From the NCBI GenBank assembly GCA_965153285.1, contig OZ229110.1: a stretch of 64,000 nucleotides of DNA; one strand, given 5' to 3'. Made by a program: the position numbers and the translations under genes. Positions 51,634 through 63,121 of this stretch are shown here, piece after piece. Position 1 is the stretch's first letter. Every line of letters starts with the position of its first letter. Source of the stretch: Podarcis tiliguerta (Eukaryota). The notes under the pieces were generated by a model. It had not been told where the DNA came from. It did no database searches and saw only the letters and a list, made by a program, of their open reading frames with translations.

Positions 51634-51819
51634 CAGGGGTAGTCAACCTTTTTATACCTACCACCCACTAATGCATCTTTCTTGATGGTAAAATTTCCTT
51701 ACCAGCCACCAGTGCTCAATGGAAGGAGGATTCAGCTTGTGCGGTAGAACCCCCTACCGCCCACCTAGAATCCTGAAACGCCCCCTAGTGGGCAGTAGGG
51801 ACCAGATTGACAACCCCTG
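51634..51819. mobile_element. hAT (Charlie-like) MITE, 186 bp
   Basis: TIR CAGGGGTAGTCAA...TTGACAACCCCTG; TSD ATCTAGAC/GTCTAGAC. Confidence 0.88.
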
Positions 51820-52133
51820 GTCTAGACCCCTTTTCTCTCTTCCAGCCATTACCAAACCTAAGAGGTGATTGGTACTGTAAAAGCATGCAGCATGATGTGT
51901 AGTTCTAGATTAATTTCATTTTGACTTCTTAAATACAAAGGTTAGCATAACCAAACACATTGCCAGATCCAGGTTTCAAGGAGCCTCTCTATACAAGATA
52001 CTTTCACCAATCTCCTACGGAGCAAAGTTCCTCTGCTCAGAACTTTAATAGAGACACCTGCTAGATTGCTTTTGCTATGTGAAATTCGCGCCTGGGCCCT
52101 ACAACCAAGGTGAGGCAAATGATCTTTCTATTA

Positions 52134-52470
52134 GGCCTTGCTTGCACCATACAATTAAAGCAGCATCACATCAGCTTAAACATTCAGACATTCGGCATCT
52201 CCCAAAAAATCCTGGGAGCTACAGTTAGTAAGAGCTGAGAGTTATTAGGAGGCCTGTATTTCCCTCACAGAGCTACAATTTCCAGAGTTCTCTGGAAACA
52301 GGGATTGATCGTTAAGCCACACTGAGAATTGCAGCTCTGTGAGGGGAATCGAGGTCTCCAATCGACTCTCAGCACACTTAACAAACTGCAGCTCTCATAG
52401 TTCTTTGCGGGAAGTCATGACTGTTTAAAGAGGTATTGTACTGCTTTAAATGTATACTGCAGATAGGGCC
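52134..52470. mobile_element. Long palindromic MITE, probably PIF/Harbinger-type
   Basis: GGCC termini flanked by TTA/TCA; internal inverted arms such as CCCTCACAGAGCTACAATT / AATTGCAGCTCTGTGAGGG. Confidence 0.7.
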
Positions 52471-52479
52471 TCAAAGACA

Positions 52480-52680
52480 TTCACCAACTGTGAGAAGGTG
52501 AAACAACAGTGTGGGAGGCAGCATGCCTTTGAATACCAGCTCCTGGGCATCACAAGTGGGGAGAGTGCAGATGTGCTCATGCCCTGCTTGTGAGCTTCTC
52601 ATAGGTTGGCTACTGTGAAAACAGGATGCTGGACTAGATGGGCCTTTTGCCTGGCCCAGCAAGGCCTTCTTAGGTTCTGA
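52480..52680 (+). mobile_element. CR1-type LINE 3'UTR fragment
   Basis: ACTGTGAAAACAGGATGCTGGACTAGATGGGCC...CCAGCAAGGC..TCTTAGGTTCT resembles a squamate CR1 terminus. Confidence 0.65.
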
Positions 52681-52976
52681 ATGTGCCAGTGCTGCGAAAC
52701 GACACTTCAGAGTTGGAGATTTGGCCTGCGTTGCTAGCAATAGCACAGGTGATCAGCATCGGCCAATAGATAAGCATGCATGCTATGTAACTCTTTGGAG
52801 CAGATCAGCTACTTATTTTGAGCTTGTTAGCACTGATAATTAGATAACTGTAATTAAGAATGTCAAACATCTGTTAAAGGTCCTGCCACAGCTGTAGTAC
52901 AGTGATGCAGAGACCTCTCATGACTGCAACATGTTGAAGAATATGGTAATAACAGCAGTAATGGAACAGTAGAAAT

Positions 52977-53095
52977 CATGGGCGTAGCCATGATTTTTGT
53001 TGGGGGAAGCAGGCTTTTGTTATGGGGGGGTCAGAACCTCAGATTTGTATTGATTTGGGGGAGCAGGTGCCCCCACCCCCTTTGCTATGCCCACG
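52977..53095. mobile_element. Small hAT-type MITE
   Basis: TIR CATGGGCGTAGC / GCTATGCCCACG; 8-bp TSD GTAGAAAT/GTAGAGAT. Confidence 0.7.
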
Positions 53096-53607
53096 GTAGA
53101 GATAGTGGCTGTTGAACCTACTCAAAAGAAGACTATTAGGAGTGATCAAGCTATCCAAAGACATGTTTATGTCTAGTGCATTTATATAAGTACGCATTTT
53201 AAAAAGCGTGTAAGAGTCTGTGGTAAGCTTTCTAATGTTAGAAGTGTCACTCAAATCTATTATTGTTCGTTTTAATCTTAAAAAAAAAAAAAAGAGGGAA
53301 AGGGGAAATGTAGTATAGTTGTTGTTTATTTATGAATAATTATTTATGAATACTCCTGCAGGACCGTAGTTTCCAGGAGAGAAACTGGAACTTTTCTGTA
53401 AGAGTTAGAAGAAGAAAATGGAAGCCAGGAAGTAGACCAGGGGGTTAAGAAGGAGCTGACAATTTCAGGACTATTACAACAGGCTACCCTGTGGCTCTCC
53501 CTTCATCATCAGCCATGCTGGCTGGGGGCTGATGGGAGGTGGAGTCAAATAAGATTTGGAGGGCCACAGGTTAGCCACTCCTGTGGCACAGGAATAAGAG
53601 GTTAAAA

Positions 53608-53851
53608 TAGGGTTGCCATATTTCAAAAAGTGAAAATCTGGGCACAAAAGTTGTTGAGCATTGGGGGGGGGGGGCAAAGTTGTTGGTCTTTTTTTGAAAA
53701 ATCTCTCCCCCCCCCTGAAGTTTTTGCCTATTTTGGGGAAAACTTGCCAAAAAATCAGCACTGCTCATATGGGCTGCCATTCCTCTCGGATGCTCTTTTG
53801 TACGGATGAATCCCAGCTGTGTCTGGGAAATTCCGGATGTATGACAACTCA
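53608..53851. mobile_element. hAT (Tip100-like) MITE, relative of 38658-38900 in opposite orientation
   Basis: TAGGGTTGCCATATTTCAAAAAGTGAAAATC is the reverse complement of 38870-38900. Confidence 0.8.
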
Positions 53852-55730
53852 CTATTGAGAGAGATTTCATTGTTGGACAAACCTCAAAGAGACACAACAG
53901 AAGGAAACTGCTCCATTATCTTACTCTTTTCACTGCTTACCTGCTCAGAGAGGACAACTGAACAGGCAGTAGTGAGACTGGCCCTGGGCTCTAGGATTAT
54001 GCGAAGGAGAGGACAACTCTTCTCTGTTTATTTTCTCCACACCATGCATAATCCAATAAACCTCTATAATGTGTCTTTCCTCCCCATTTTTTTCCTAAAC
54101 TATAAACCCCTAAATGTTTTAACCTCTCCTCATAGGGCATTTGCTCCAGCTACTTGATAATTTGGGCTTTTCCTTTTCTACTTCTTTCCCAATCCTACAA
54201 TATCCTTTTTGAGCCGATACACTTTCAAATGCTCCGCGCAGACGTGTGCATCGCTGTGCTGTAAAATCCAGCATGTGGGAATTCATTCTGCAGTCTGCCT
54301 TCATAACCAACCGTATCATATCAGAGACATGATGCCTGCGGGAAAGAATTCCTTTTAACTTCCGTCGCTGAGCAACACCACATAGCAAGCTGTGATAAAA
54401 TAGCATCTGCTCAGGGGGGAATAAGTGAGAAGACTGAGCTAAAGAAAGGAAAGGAGCTCAGCTAGAAACATAAGGTGGAAGAAAATATAGCTGCCTACTA
54501 GATAGGGTAGGCAAAAGAGGATACTGCTGTACATAGGGTGGTTTGGATGTATAGCTGAAAATTTAGGAGGAAAAAATGGAATAGAAATGTGATTCATTGC
54601 ACTATGGTGGGAAAGACTCTGACCAGCTGAGCTGTGTGGCTGCTCACTCTGCTGTCCAAGTGCTGTTGATGGGCAGATTCAAGGTCCCTTCACTCTCTTA
54701 TTTTTAATCTTTAAAAATCTTTAAAATATGACGCACAGCTACACTCGGGTCCAAATGTAGCTCTCCAGACCTCTTTGTAAGGCCCAGGCCACACCAATTA
54801 CTGGTTTTGCTTCCCACCCCAAGTGTTTTTGCATGGCTGGACTTTGCCCTCAACCTCTGATAATGGCTCTTGCTTGCCTGGATGGAGGATAGAAAAGATA
54901 AAATTTGTATTTGTTATTACACCTACTTTTGCCTCTGACCCCACCCACCACTGCCAGGTGGTCCAGAAGAGAACTCAGCCCCCAGGCTGAAAGTTTTCCC
55001 ACCCCTGTTTTAAATTGATAGAGTTATCCTATACCATTACAATGGCATATTTCTACTAGCAGTTTACTAGGGACTGGACTGCCAGGCATACCCTTATTCC
55101 TGATGAAGAAACATGGTCAGGAGTACCCCCAATGTATCATTGCAAGAGTCAGTTCAAATGTTTTAGGAATACAACTCTATCTCCTCTCACTCCTCCTGGG
55201 CTGAGTACGTGTAGTTAGGCAACATTTCCTTTTCAAAGGCAGAATCCTTCATGTCCCCTTAATAGGCACAGCATATTCCCACTATAATGTGGCAGAGCCA
55301 TTACTTTATTCTCAATGTGGAGATGAATCCAAAAAGTTCAGCAGCGCCTTAATCTCTGAGGCAATTGCATGCAAGTGGAGTAAAAGAGAAATACTTGGAA
55401 AGAACAAACTGCAGCTTGAGAAGGCAGGTGTGAACACATCACAGGCTTTGATGAAACGGTAATTGGAGCAGCAAGAGATGTCAGCTGTGTACCCGGTTCA
55501 GAACTGGAGGGGATTTCTGTACCATTAATAGCTGCACAGAAGGCAACATTTCTTGGAGTGCATCTTTTTTTAAAAAAGGCAGAGCTGAAAGTTAAATTCA
55601 GCTTAAAATGTCTGTGCAAAATTGGCAGGAAAATTTGGGGAGCTTTGCAAATTAAGCCCCTATCCTATATGAAGTTTACAACAGGTCACTGAGATTGTTG
55701 GCAGTGGGGTATTGTTGTTGTTAGATTTTC

Positions 55731-56510
55731 CTCAAGGGCCGACATTGTTGCCAAAATCCAGCATCACCTGGCTTCTGCGAGTGCAGCTTTCTCCAGATTG
55801 AAGTGCAGTGTGTTTGAGGACTGGGACATTTGCAGGGAAACCAAAATGCTTGTTTACAAAGCTATTGTACGACCAACCTTATTGTATGCTTGTGAAACGT
55901 GGGCCATTTATAAATGCCTGCTCCAACTCCTTGAAAGATTCAATCAACAGTATCTTCGAAAGTTGGGAATACACATCACTTGGGAATACAGGCAAACTAA
56001 TGCCAGTGTACTGGAAAGATCACCAGGGTTGAAGCAATGATTCTTCAACATCAGCTTCATTGGACCGGTCATGTTGTACAGATGCCTGATTATTGTCTTC
56101 CAAAGCAACTACTCTATTCCAAACTTAGAAATGGAAAGCATAATGCTGGTGGTCAACAAAAAGAGGCTTAAAGACTCTCTCAAGGCAAATCTAAAAAAAT
56201 GTAGTATAAACACCAACAATTGGGGAACACTGGCCTGTGAGCGCTCCAACTGGAGAACAGTCTTTACCAAAGGTGTCATGGGCTTTGAAGATGCTCAAAC
56301 TCAGGATGAAAGGGAGAAATGCGCTAAGAGGAAGGCACGCTTGGCAAACCCTCACCATAATCAACTCCCACCCAGAAGCCTATGTCCCCACTGTGGAAGG
56401 ACATGTGGATCCAGAATTGGCCTCCACAGTCACTTACAGCCTCATTGTTAAAACCATGTTTATGGAAAACAATCTTACTTGGCTACAAATGATTGCCAAA
56501 GAAGAAGAAG
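55731..56510 (+). mobile_element. 5'-truncated RTE-clade LINE with (GAA)n tail and 20-bp TSD
   Basis: Peptides VYKAIVRPTLLYACETW, KRLKDSLKANLK and the C2H2-like CPHCGRTCGSRIGLHSH; TSD ATTGTTGTTGTTAGATTTTC at 55711-55730 and 56511-56530. Confidence 0.92.
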
Positions 56511-56837
56511 ATTGTTGTTGTTAGATTTTCTCACAGAAAGGTAAAATTCAGATTGGGGGGTGGGGGATATGGTCTGGCCTTTTGATGCCAGAAGGAGATT
56601 TGATGCAAGAGGAGCACTGAATAAACACCCATCTGGAAGTCCCCAAAGTCTCAGGAAGGCATATCAGTTTCACAGTAGTGGTAGCAACCTCTGCTTGCCT
56701 TTCTTTTCTGCCGCTGCCACCAGAGGTGGTGGAGCAACTCTGAGTGGTCACCCTCTAGGAGTCCACCATTGCTTCCCCCAGAATGCTCTAGAATGATGCC
56801 ACATCATGACATAGCTTCCTTCTAGGGGGCATTCTGA

Positions 56838-57137
<300 letters not shown>

Positions 57138-57260
57138 TAAGGTTACCAGATTTTTTTCAATGAATCCAGGAACACTTTTCAACTTCAATGGTTTTTATAT
57201 GGAGACTGATTTGTAAATCCGGGGACTGTCCCTGGGAAACGGGGACGTCTGGTAACATTA
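57138..57260. mobile_element. hAT MITE, 123 bp
   Basis: TIR TAAGGTTACCAGA / TCTGGTAACATTA; perfect TSD TACTACAG (57130-57137, 57261-57268). Confidence 0.88.
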
Positions 57261-57350
57261 TACTACAGTTGATTGTGGCACTAACCCTACTCGTCTAAAC
57301 TGAAAGGAATATGTGGAGAATGGAGGTTTATGGTGGAATAGTTATTATCT

Positions 57351-57703
57351 GAGGGGTAGATGGGGTTGTCAACCTGGGAAGGTAGCCCATCTAGGAGAAG
57401 GAAAACTCTAATCCTAACCCTCTGTTGCACAAATTCAGAGTGGAGCCCCAAAGACGGTTGGATGGCACCTTGCATGCTTCCTTCCAGCAACACCTACAGC
57501 CAAGCTAGTGCCCAACATATTGCTCTGCTTTCCTTGGGACCATATCAGCTAGGTTGAGAGTGGGGTCCTGTTGCCTGGGTAGCCCAGAACCCCCATACAC
57601 ACTGCCCAGGCTTGTGCCCTCGGGAGGTCACGCTGGTGCTGCTAACACAGTGGTTTGACTGGAGGCACACATCACTGTCTCTTGGGATAGACGGATGCCG
57701 ACA
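57351..57703 (+). mobile_element. Short non-autonomous retroposon, possibly RTE-related
   Basis: 11-bp TSD AGTTATTATCT (57340-57350, 57704-57714); no TIRs; contains CCCATCTAGGAGAAGGAAAACTC. Confidence 0.65.
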
Positions 57704-57780
57704 AGTTATTATCTTCAGTGAAGAATAAGGAAGAAATTACACTCAGTTTAACTCAGCAACAACACCTTTATTATTTATAT

Positions 57781-58132
57781 GGGTGGCGATGTGGGTTAAA
57801 CCGCAGAGCCTAGGACTTGCTGATCAGAAGGTCGGCGGTTTGAATCCCTGCGACGGGGTGAGCTCCCATTGCTCGGTCCCTGCTCCTGCCAACCTAGCAG
57901 TTCGAAAGCACATCAAAGTGCAAGTAGATAAATAGGTACCGCTCCGGCGGGAAGGTAAACAGTGTTTCTGTGCGCTGCTCTGGTTCACCAGAAGCAGCTT
58001 AGTCATGCTGGCCACATGACCCGGAAGCTGTATGCCGACTCCCTCGGCCAATAAAGCAAGATGAGCTTTGCAACCCCAGAGTCGGTCACAACTGGACCTA
58101 ATGGTCAGGGGTTCCTTTACCCTTTACCTTTT
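57781..58132 (+). mobile_element. Sauria SINE, subtype A
   Basis: Matches the reverse complement of 14938-15294; CCTTTACC tail. Confidence 0.92.
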
Positions 58133-58137
58133 ACATC

Positions 58138-58962
58138 TGACAGGGCTGCTCCAGCTACTCTGGCTGACTCCCAAAGACTCTCCTCCCTGGAAGAGAGGGG
58201 AGTGGTTGTGGGCGGGAGCCCGAGCTCCGCCTCTCGCAGGGGGCCGTGAGCCCCCTGCCTCTTCTGCCCACCTGGCTGGTGCCCACGCCCCCCCCCCCAT
58301 GGCAGGCACCCAATCAGGTGCCTCCGAGGGGGTGTTTACAGCAGCCTTTTGCTGCGGCACCAGCCCCTCCTCTGCCTCATTCACCTTCGTCGTCTCATCG
58401 CGAGTCACCCACCCTCCACTCCCCCTTTTAGTTCAGGGTCTTAGTTCATTGGCCTTGCTATGGACCTTAGGTTGGTCGCCCTGGTTGTCTGGGGGGCCTG
58501 GTAGGAATTTTTCCATTTGGCATTTGGCATTAGGCTTTTTGGTTTTTTCGCCTACCTCGTAGCAATCGTCACAACTTTTGTGGTATTGGTGGGTAGGTTA
58601 GGCATTGGAATTGTGTTGTGGTGTGTCGAAGAGCTAGGTGTGGCCATCGCCTATGCCTTCAATTTTTGGGTATTCCATTAAAGGAATCTGGCGGTCGTGT
58701 ATTCTGTCCGATGCCTGCTTGGCGGGAGGCCATGGCACGACCCTCGGTGACATCAGGGGGTGAGCCTTTAGTTGGATTAGCATCAACAGGCTCCACCTAC
58801 TGGTGAATAAACCCCCCTTGTTTAGAAATCCAATGCCTAAGCCAATACCTTCTCACTGCTGTAATCAATAAAGTTGTGGCCTTTTCTTGCCCATTAACCT
58901 TATATCACGTGTCCTTGTGTGTACATTTCACATTGCGGGGGTCGGGCCCTCGAACCACAACA
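58138..58962 (+). mobile_element. Unclassified GC/CpG-rich, highly base-paired insertion (LTR-like or DIRS/Ngaro-like)
   Basis: Abrupt composition shift, many nested inverted repeats, AATAAAGTTGTGGCC near the 3' end; no TSD found. Confidence 0.5.
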
Positions 58963-59053
58963 AAATATTTAAAAACAATAAAAGCAAATGTTTCAAATCA
59001 AACAATCATCAGATAAAGTTAAGGGGGAGAGGACAAGGTTAAAAAAAGGAATT

Positions 59054-59095
59054 GCTTAGCAAGGCATGGACAGAGCTTAGCAAGGCATGGACAGA
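59054..59095. repeat. Perfect 21-bp tandem duplication
   Basis: GCTTAGCAAGGCATGGACAGA x2. Confidence 0.9.
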
Positions 59096-60001
59096 GAAGG
59101 ATTGATGGCTGGCAGACAGCAGCTTGTTTTCCTTACTGATTGTCCCTGATTGGTAAGACATTCTCCTCTAATGTTCAACCCTCATTTACTTTCCCATAAT
59201 TTAAACTGAGATTCATTGAAGATAGGATAAAGAGTGATGGTTTTAAAGTACAGGAAAGCTGAGTTGTGGTTAAACTTTAGAAAGGACTTCCTGCCTCTAC
59301 AACCCTGATCAGTAATTATTTTTCTTGCTGGCTCTCTGAATGACAGACTGACAATGAGTGGTGCAGGGCAGGTCTACCCACACTTTAAGTGGGCTATTCA
59401 CAATTCAGTTTCTCTGTACATAGTTTCTGCCTCTGATAGGGAGGCAGGCAGCACTCTGCCTCAGCAGGTTGATGGCATTTCTCTTCCTGAAAGTATAAAA
59501 AGGGGGGAAAGCCCAAAGATGCCCTCTACCAAGAGTAAACCACATAAACTGATATCAAAATCCTGTTTTATTGGAATGAACAGGAGCATTTGTGAAGCAC
59601 ATGCTACTATCATTAAAGACATTCTATCAGGTTGAAGACGTCAATACACCTTTTATGTTACTGGATACAAATTTTATGTTATAAAGTGCACCAATTCTGT
59701 CCATCTTGAGCTTCATGCCCTGTTGGCATAGCCAGCAGGTGACTATTGCCAGAAATTGCAGATACCCTTTGTTTGAAGACTTTGATGTAAATCTAGGTTT
59801 ATTGCTGTCAGTTGTGGGCTGCAGTCCCATACATGCTTACTTGGGAATTAGTTCCATTGAAGTGAGCAGGATTTATTTCTGAGTGAACATGCCTTTACTT
59901 GCATTGTGAATGTGTAATATCTTCTAGCTGTGCTGCTGTTGATATGGTTTAGGTTATACATTCTTTTGCATTGCTTTTTGAAACTTCGTTAGTTTTATAT
60001 A

Positions 60002-60210
60002 CAGAGGAACCTCGGTTTTTGAGCATCTCGGAAGCCGAACAATTCGGAATCCGAATGCCAAAAACCCAGAAGTAATTGCTTCCGTTATTGAACACGCCTT
60101 GGAAGTCAAATGGCTTCCGTGGCATGTTTTTCCATTTTCCCCATTGAACTTGCTTTTCGATTTTCTCGGTCTTCTGGAATGGATTACATTTGAAAACCAA
60201 GATCCCACTG
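60002..60210. mobile_element. Tigger/mariner-like MITE (second family)
   Basis: TA flanks; imperfect TIR CAGAGGAACCTCGGTTTT / AAAACCAAGATCCCACTG. Confidence 0.8.
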
Positions 60211-61002
60211 TATATGTATATAGTATATGATCTTATGCTCATGCTGTACAATATGCTGGCTACATTATTCAAATACGGGGGGCATAATTAATAAATTAAT
60301 ATATTGATTATGATAGCAGTAATAATAACTTAAAGCAAAGCAACAAGAATCTCGATTCCCCTGGTAAAACACTAAAACCACACCAGTCTATAAAAGTAAC
60401 AAAATCAGCTAAAGCAAAGAAGCAATCAGAGATTAAATAAAAAAATCATCAAAAACTAGAGAGGTAAAAGCAGCTCATAATGTGCCATTAAATGCACAAT
60501 ATCACCATCCTCTTCCTATTTCTATAGTATAATGCAGGCAGAAAAGTCCCCTTCCTCCATTTTTTAAAAAAATTAAATGCCCACCTATTATCTGCAGCCC
60601 TGTGACTTGAAAGATACACTTTCATGTGTGGCTTGCTATTTACTTACTTCCCAGCTGACTTTTACTTAAAGCACATCTGTGGTGGACATGTGACATGATC
60701 ACAATTTGTAAGCCTAAAACTAATTCATGGCGGCTGTGCTGCCTCTGCCAGCAGATTGACGAATATCTCGGAGCTGTTTCAACAATAGCACTTCAAGGGC
60801 TTTGACTCCATCTGTTGCAGCAAACAGATACTCTGTCCCAGAGGGGCCAGAAATAGAAGCACTTTATCTGCATCACTCCCCTTACACACACAGACACACA
60901 AAATCATTTTTTCACAGAGAAGAATGCAGAAAAGGGACAGATCAGCTTCACATAGTGCCAGAAATGTCTTGCTTTACTGGTCTTAATTTTAGGACAACAA
61001 TA

Positions 61003-63030
61003 TAATCCCCAGAGCTGAGGGCGATGAAATAATCGTTGAGACTGCTAGAACTCTGGTGGCAGAAAACTCACTCTGAATTGGACCGGACACAGGTTAGAGC
61101 TCAATGTTGAGCCTACCAAGTGGCAATGGCAACAGCGAAGAAGACCTTCTTCATTGCCTCTATTGCATCTGCAGAAAACAGCAGCAGGAGACTCTTTAAG
61201 GTGGTTTGCAATCTATCGGAACCACCTTCATCACCGGGGCCTAGTAGGGACCCCAAGATCTCCTGCAAAATTTGCAAAGTTTTTTTTTGCACATAAAGTC
61301 GCTCAGATTCAGAAAGAGGTAGACTTCACCATGGGAGCAGGGCCGGGGCGAGAGACTGCTAGAGTCCTGTTACATGGGATCAATTCCAATCTGTTACCTC
61401 CGAGGATGTGGACAGGCTGCTTGGACGAGTGAAACCGACCACCTGTCTCCTGGATCCTTGCCCATCCTGGCTAATAAAAGCGAGCCGGGAAGGGCTGGGT
61501 GATGGGCTCTGCGGGGTGGTGAATGCTTCCCTCTGCCAGGGAACCTTCCCAGACCTGCTGAAAGAAGCAGTCATTAAACCGTTTCTTAAAAAACATCTTT
61601 AGACCCAGCCAATATGGCCAACTATTGATTCAGTATCAAATCTACCATTCTTGGGCAAGGTGATTGAGTGGGTGGTTGCTGAACAACTCCAAGCACGCCT
61701 GGAGGATGTGGACCATTTGGATCCCTTCCAATTGGGATTCAGGCCTCACCATGGGACTGAAACTGCCTTGGTCGCACTGGTTGATGATCTCCGACGAGCT
61801 AGGGACAAAGGTGCGAGTTGTTTCCTAGTTCTGCTGGCTCTCTCAGCGGCCTTTGGTACAATTGACCATAACATCCTTCTGGACCATCTAGAGGGGCTGG
61901 GAGCTGGGGGCACTGTTATACAGCAGTTCTGCTCCTTTCTCCTGGGCTGTGTCCAGAAAGTGGTGTTGGGGGATGAGTGTTCAGACTCCTGGGCTCTCAC
62001 TTGTGGGGTGCCTCAGGGTTCTGTCCGTTTCCCCATGCTTTTTAATATCTATATGAAGCTGCTGGGAGAGATCATCAGGGGGTTTGGGCTGGGTGTTCAT
62101 CAGTATGAAGATGACACCCAGCTCTACCCCTCTTTTAAATCAGAACTAGTGAAGGTGGTGAATGTCCTGTGTGAGTGCCTGGAGGCGGCTGGAGGATGGA
62201 TGGTGGCTAACAGATTGAGGCTGAATCCTGACAAGACAGAAGTACTGTTTTGGGGGGACAGGGTGGGTGGGACTCCCTGGTCCTGAATGGGGTAACTGTG
62301 CCCCTGAAGGACCAGGTACGCAGCCTGGGAGTCATTCTGGACTCACAGTTGTCCATGGAGACGCAGGTTAATTCTGTGTCCAGGGCAGCTGTCTACCAGC
62401 TCCATCTGGTACGCAGGCTGAGACCCTACCTGTCCGTGGACTGTCTTGCCAGAGTGGTGCATGCTCTAGTTATCTCCCACTTGGACTACTGCAATGTGCT
62501 CTACGTGGGCCTACCTTTGAAGGTGACCTGGAAACTGCAATTAATCCAGAATGAAGCAGCTAGACTGGTGACTGGGAGTGGCCACCGGGACCACATAACA
62601 CCGGTCCTGAAAGATCTGCATTGGCTCCCAGTACATTTCCAAGCACAATTCAAAGTGTTGGTGCTGACCTTTAAAGCCCTAAATGGCCTCAGTCCTGTAT
62701 ATCTGAAGGAGCGTCTCCACCCCCATCATTCAGCCCGGACACTGAGATACAGCGCTGAGGGCCTTCTGGCAGTTCCCTCATTGTGAGAAGTGATGTTACA
62801 GGGAACCAGACAGAGGGCTTTCTTGGTAGTGGCGCCCGTCCTGTGGTACACCCTCCCGTCAGATGTCGAGGAAATAAGCACCTATTCTATTTTTAAAAGA
62901 CATCTGAAAGCAGCCCTGTTTAGGGAAGTTTTTAATATTTAATGCTGTATTGTTTTTAACACTCGATTGGGAGCTGCCCAGAGTGGCTAGGAAAACTCAG
63001 CCAGATGGGCGGGTATACCGGTAAATAACA
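61003..63030 (+). mobile_element. ~2 kb 5'-truncated, inactivated L2 LINE (RT domain through 3' end)
   Basis: PTTCLLDPCPSWLIK, QLGFRPHHGTETAL, LALSAAFGTIDH, GVPQGS, YEDD (mutated YADD) and LHWLPV; contains stops and frameshifts. Confidence 0.95.
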
Positions 63031-63031
<1 letters not shown>

Positions 63032-63061
<30 letters not shown>

Positions 63062-63067
63062 CTTCTT

Positions 63068-63098
<31 letters not shown>

Positions 63099-63121
63099 TC
63101 ATCATCATCATCATCATCATC
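63032..63121. repeat. (CTT)22(ATC)8 compound microsatellite forming the L2 tail
   Basis: Seen directly, immediately 3' of the L2 terminus. Confidence 0.95.

Noticed and set aside
58068-58562. 164-aa ORF spanning the SINE tail and the GC-rich insertion
   Set aside because: Crosses an element boundary, has a non-ATG start and no domain; likely a chance ORF
61651-62786. 211-aa and 178-aa ORFs resembling a reverse transcriptase gene
   Set aside because: Pieces of a frameshifted, 5'-truncated L2 with catalytic-motif substitutions (YEDD, LALSAAFGT); no sign of domestication
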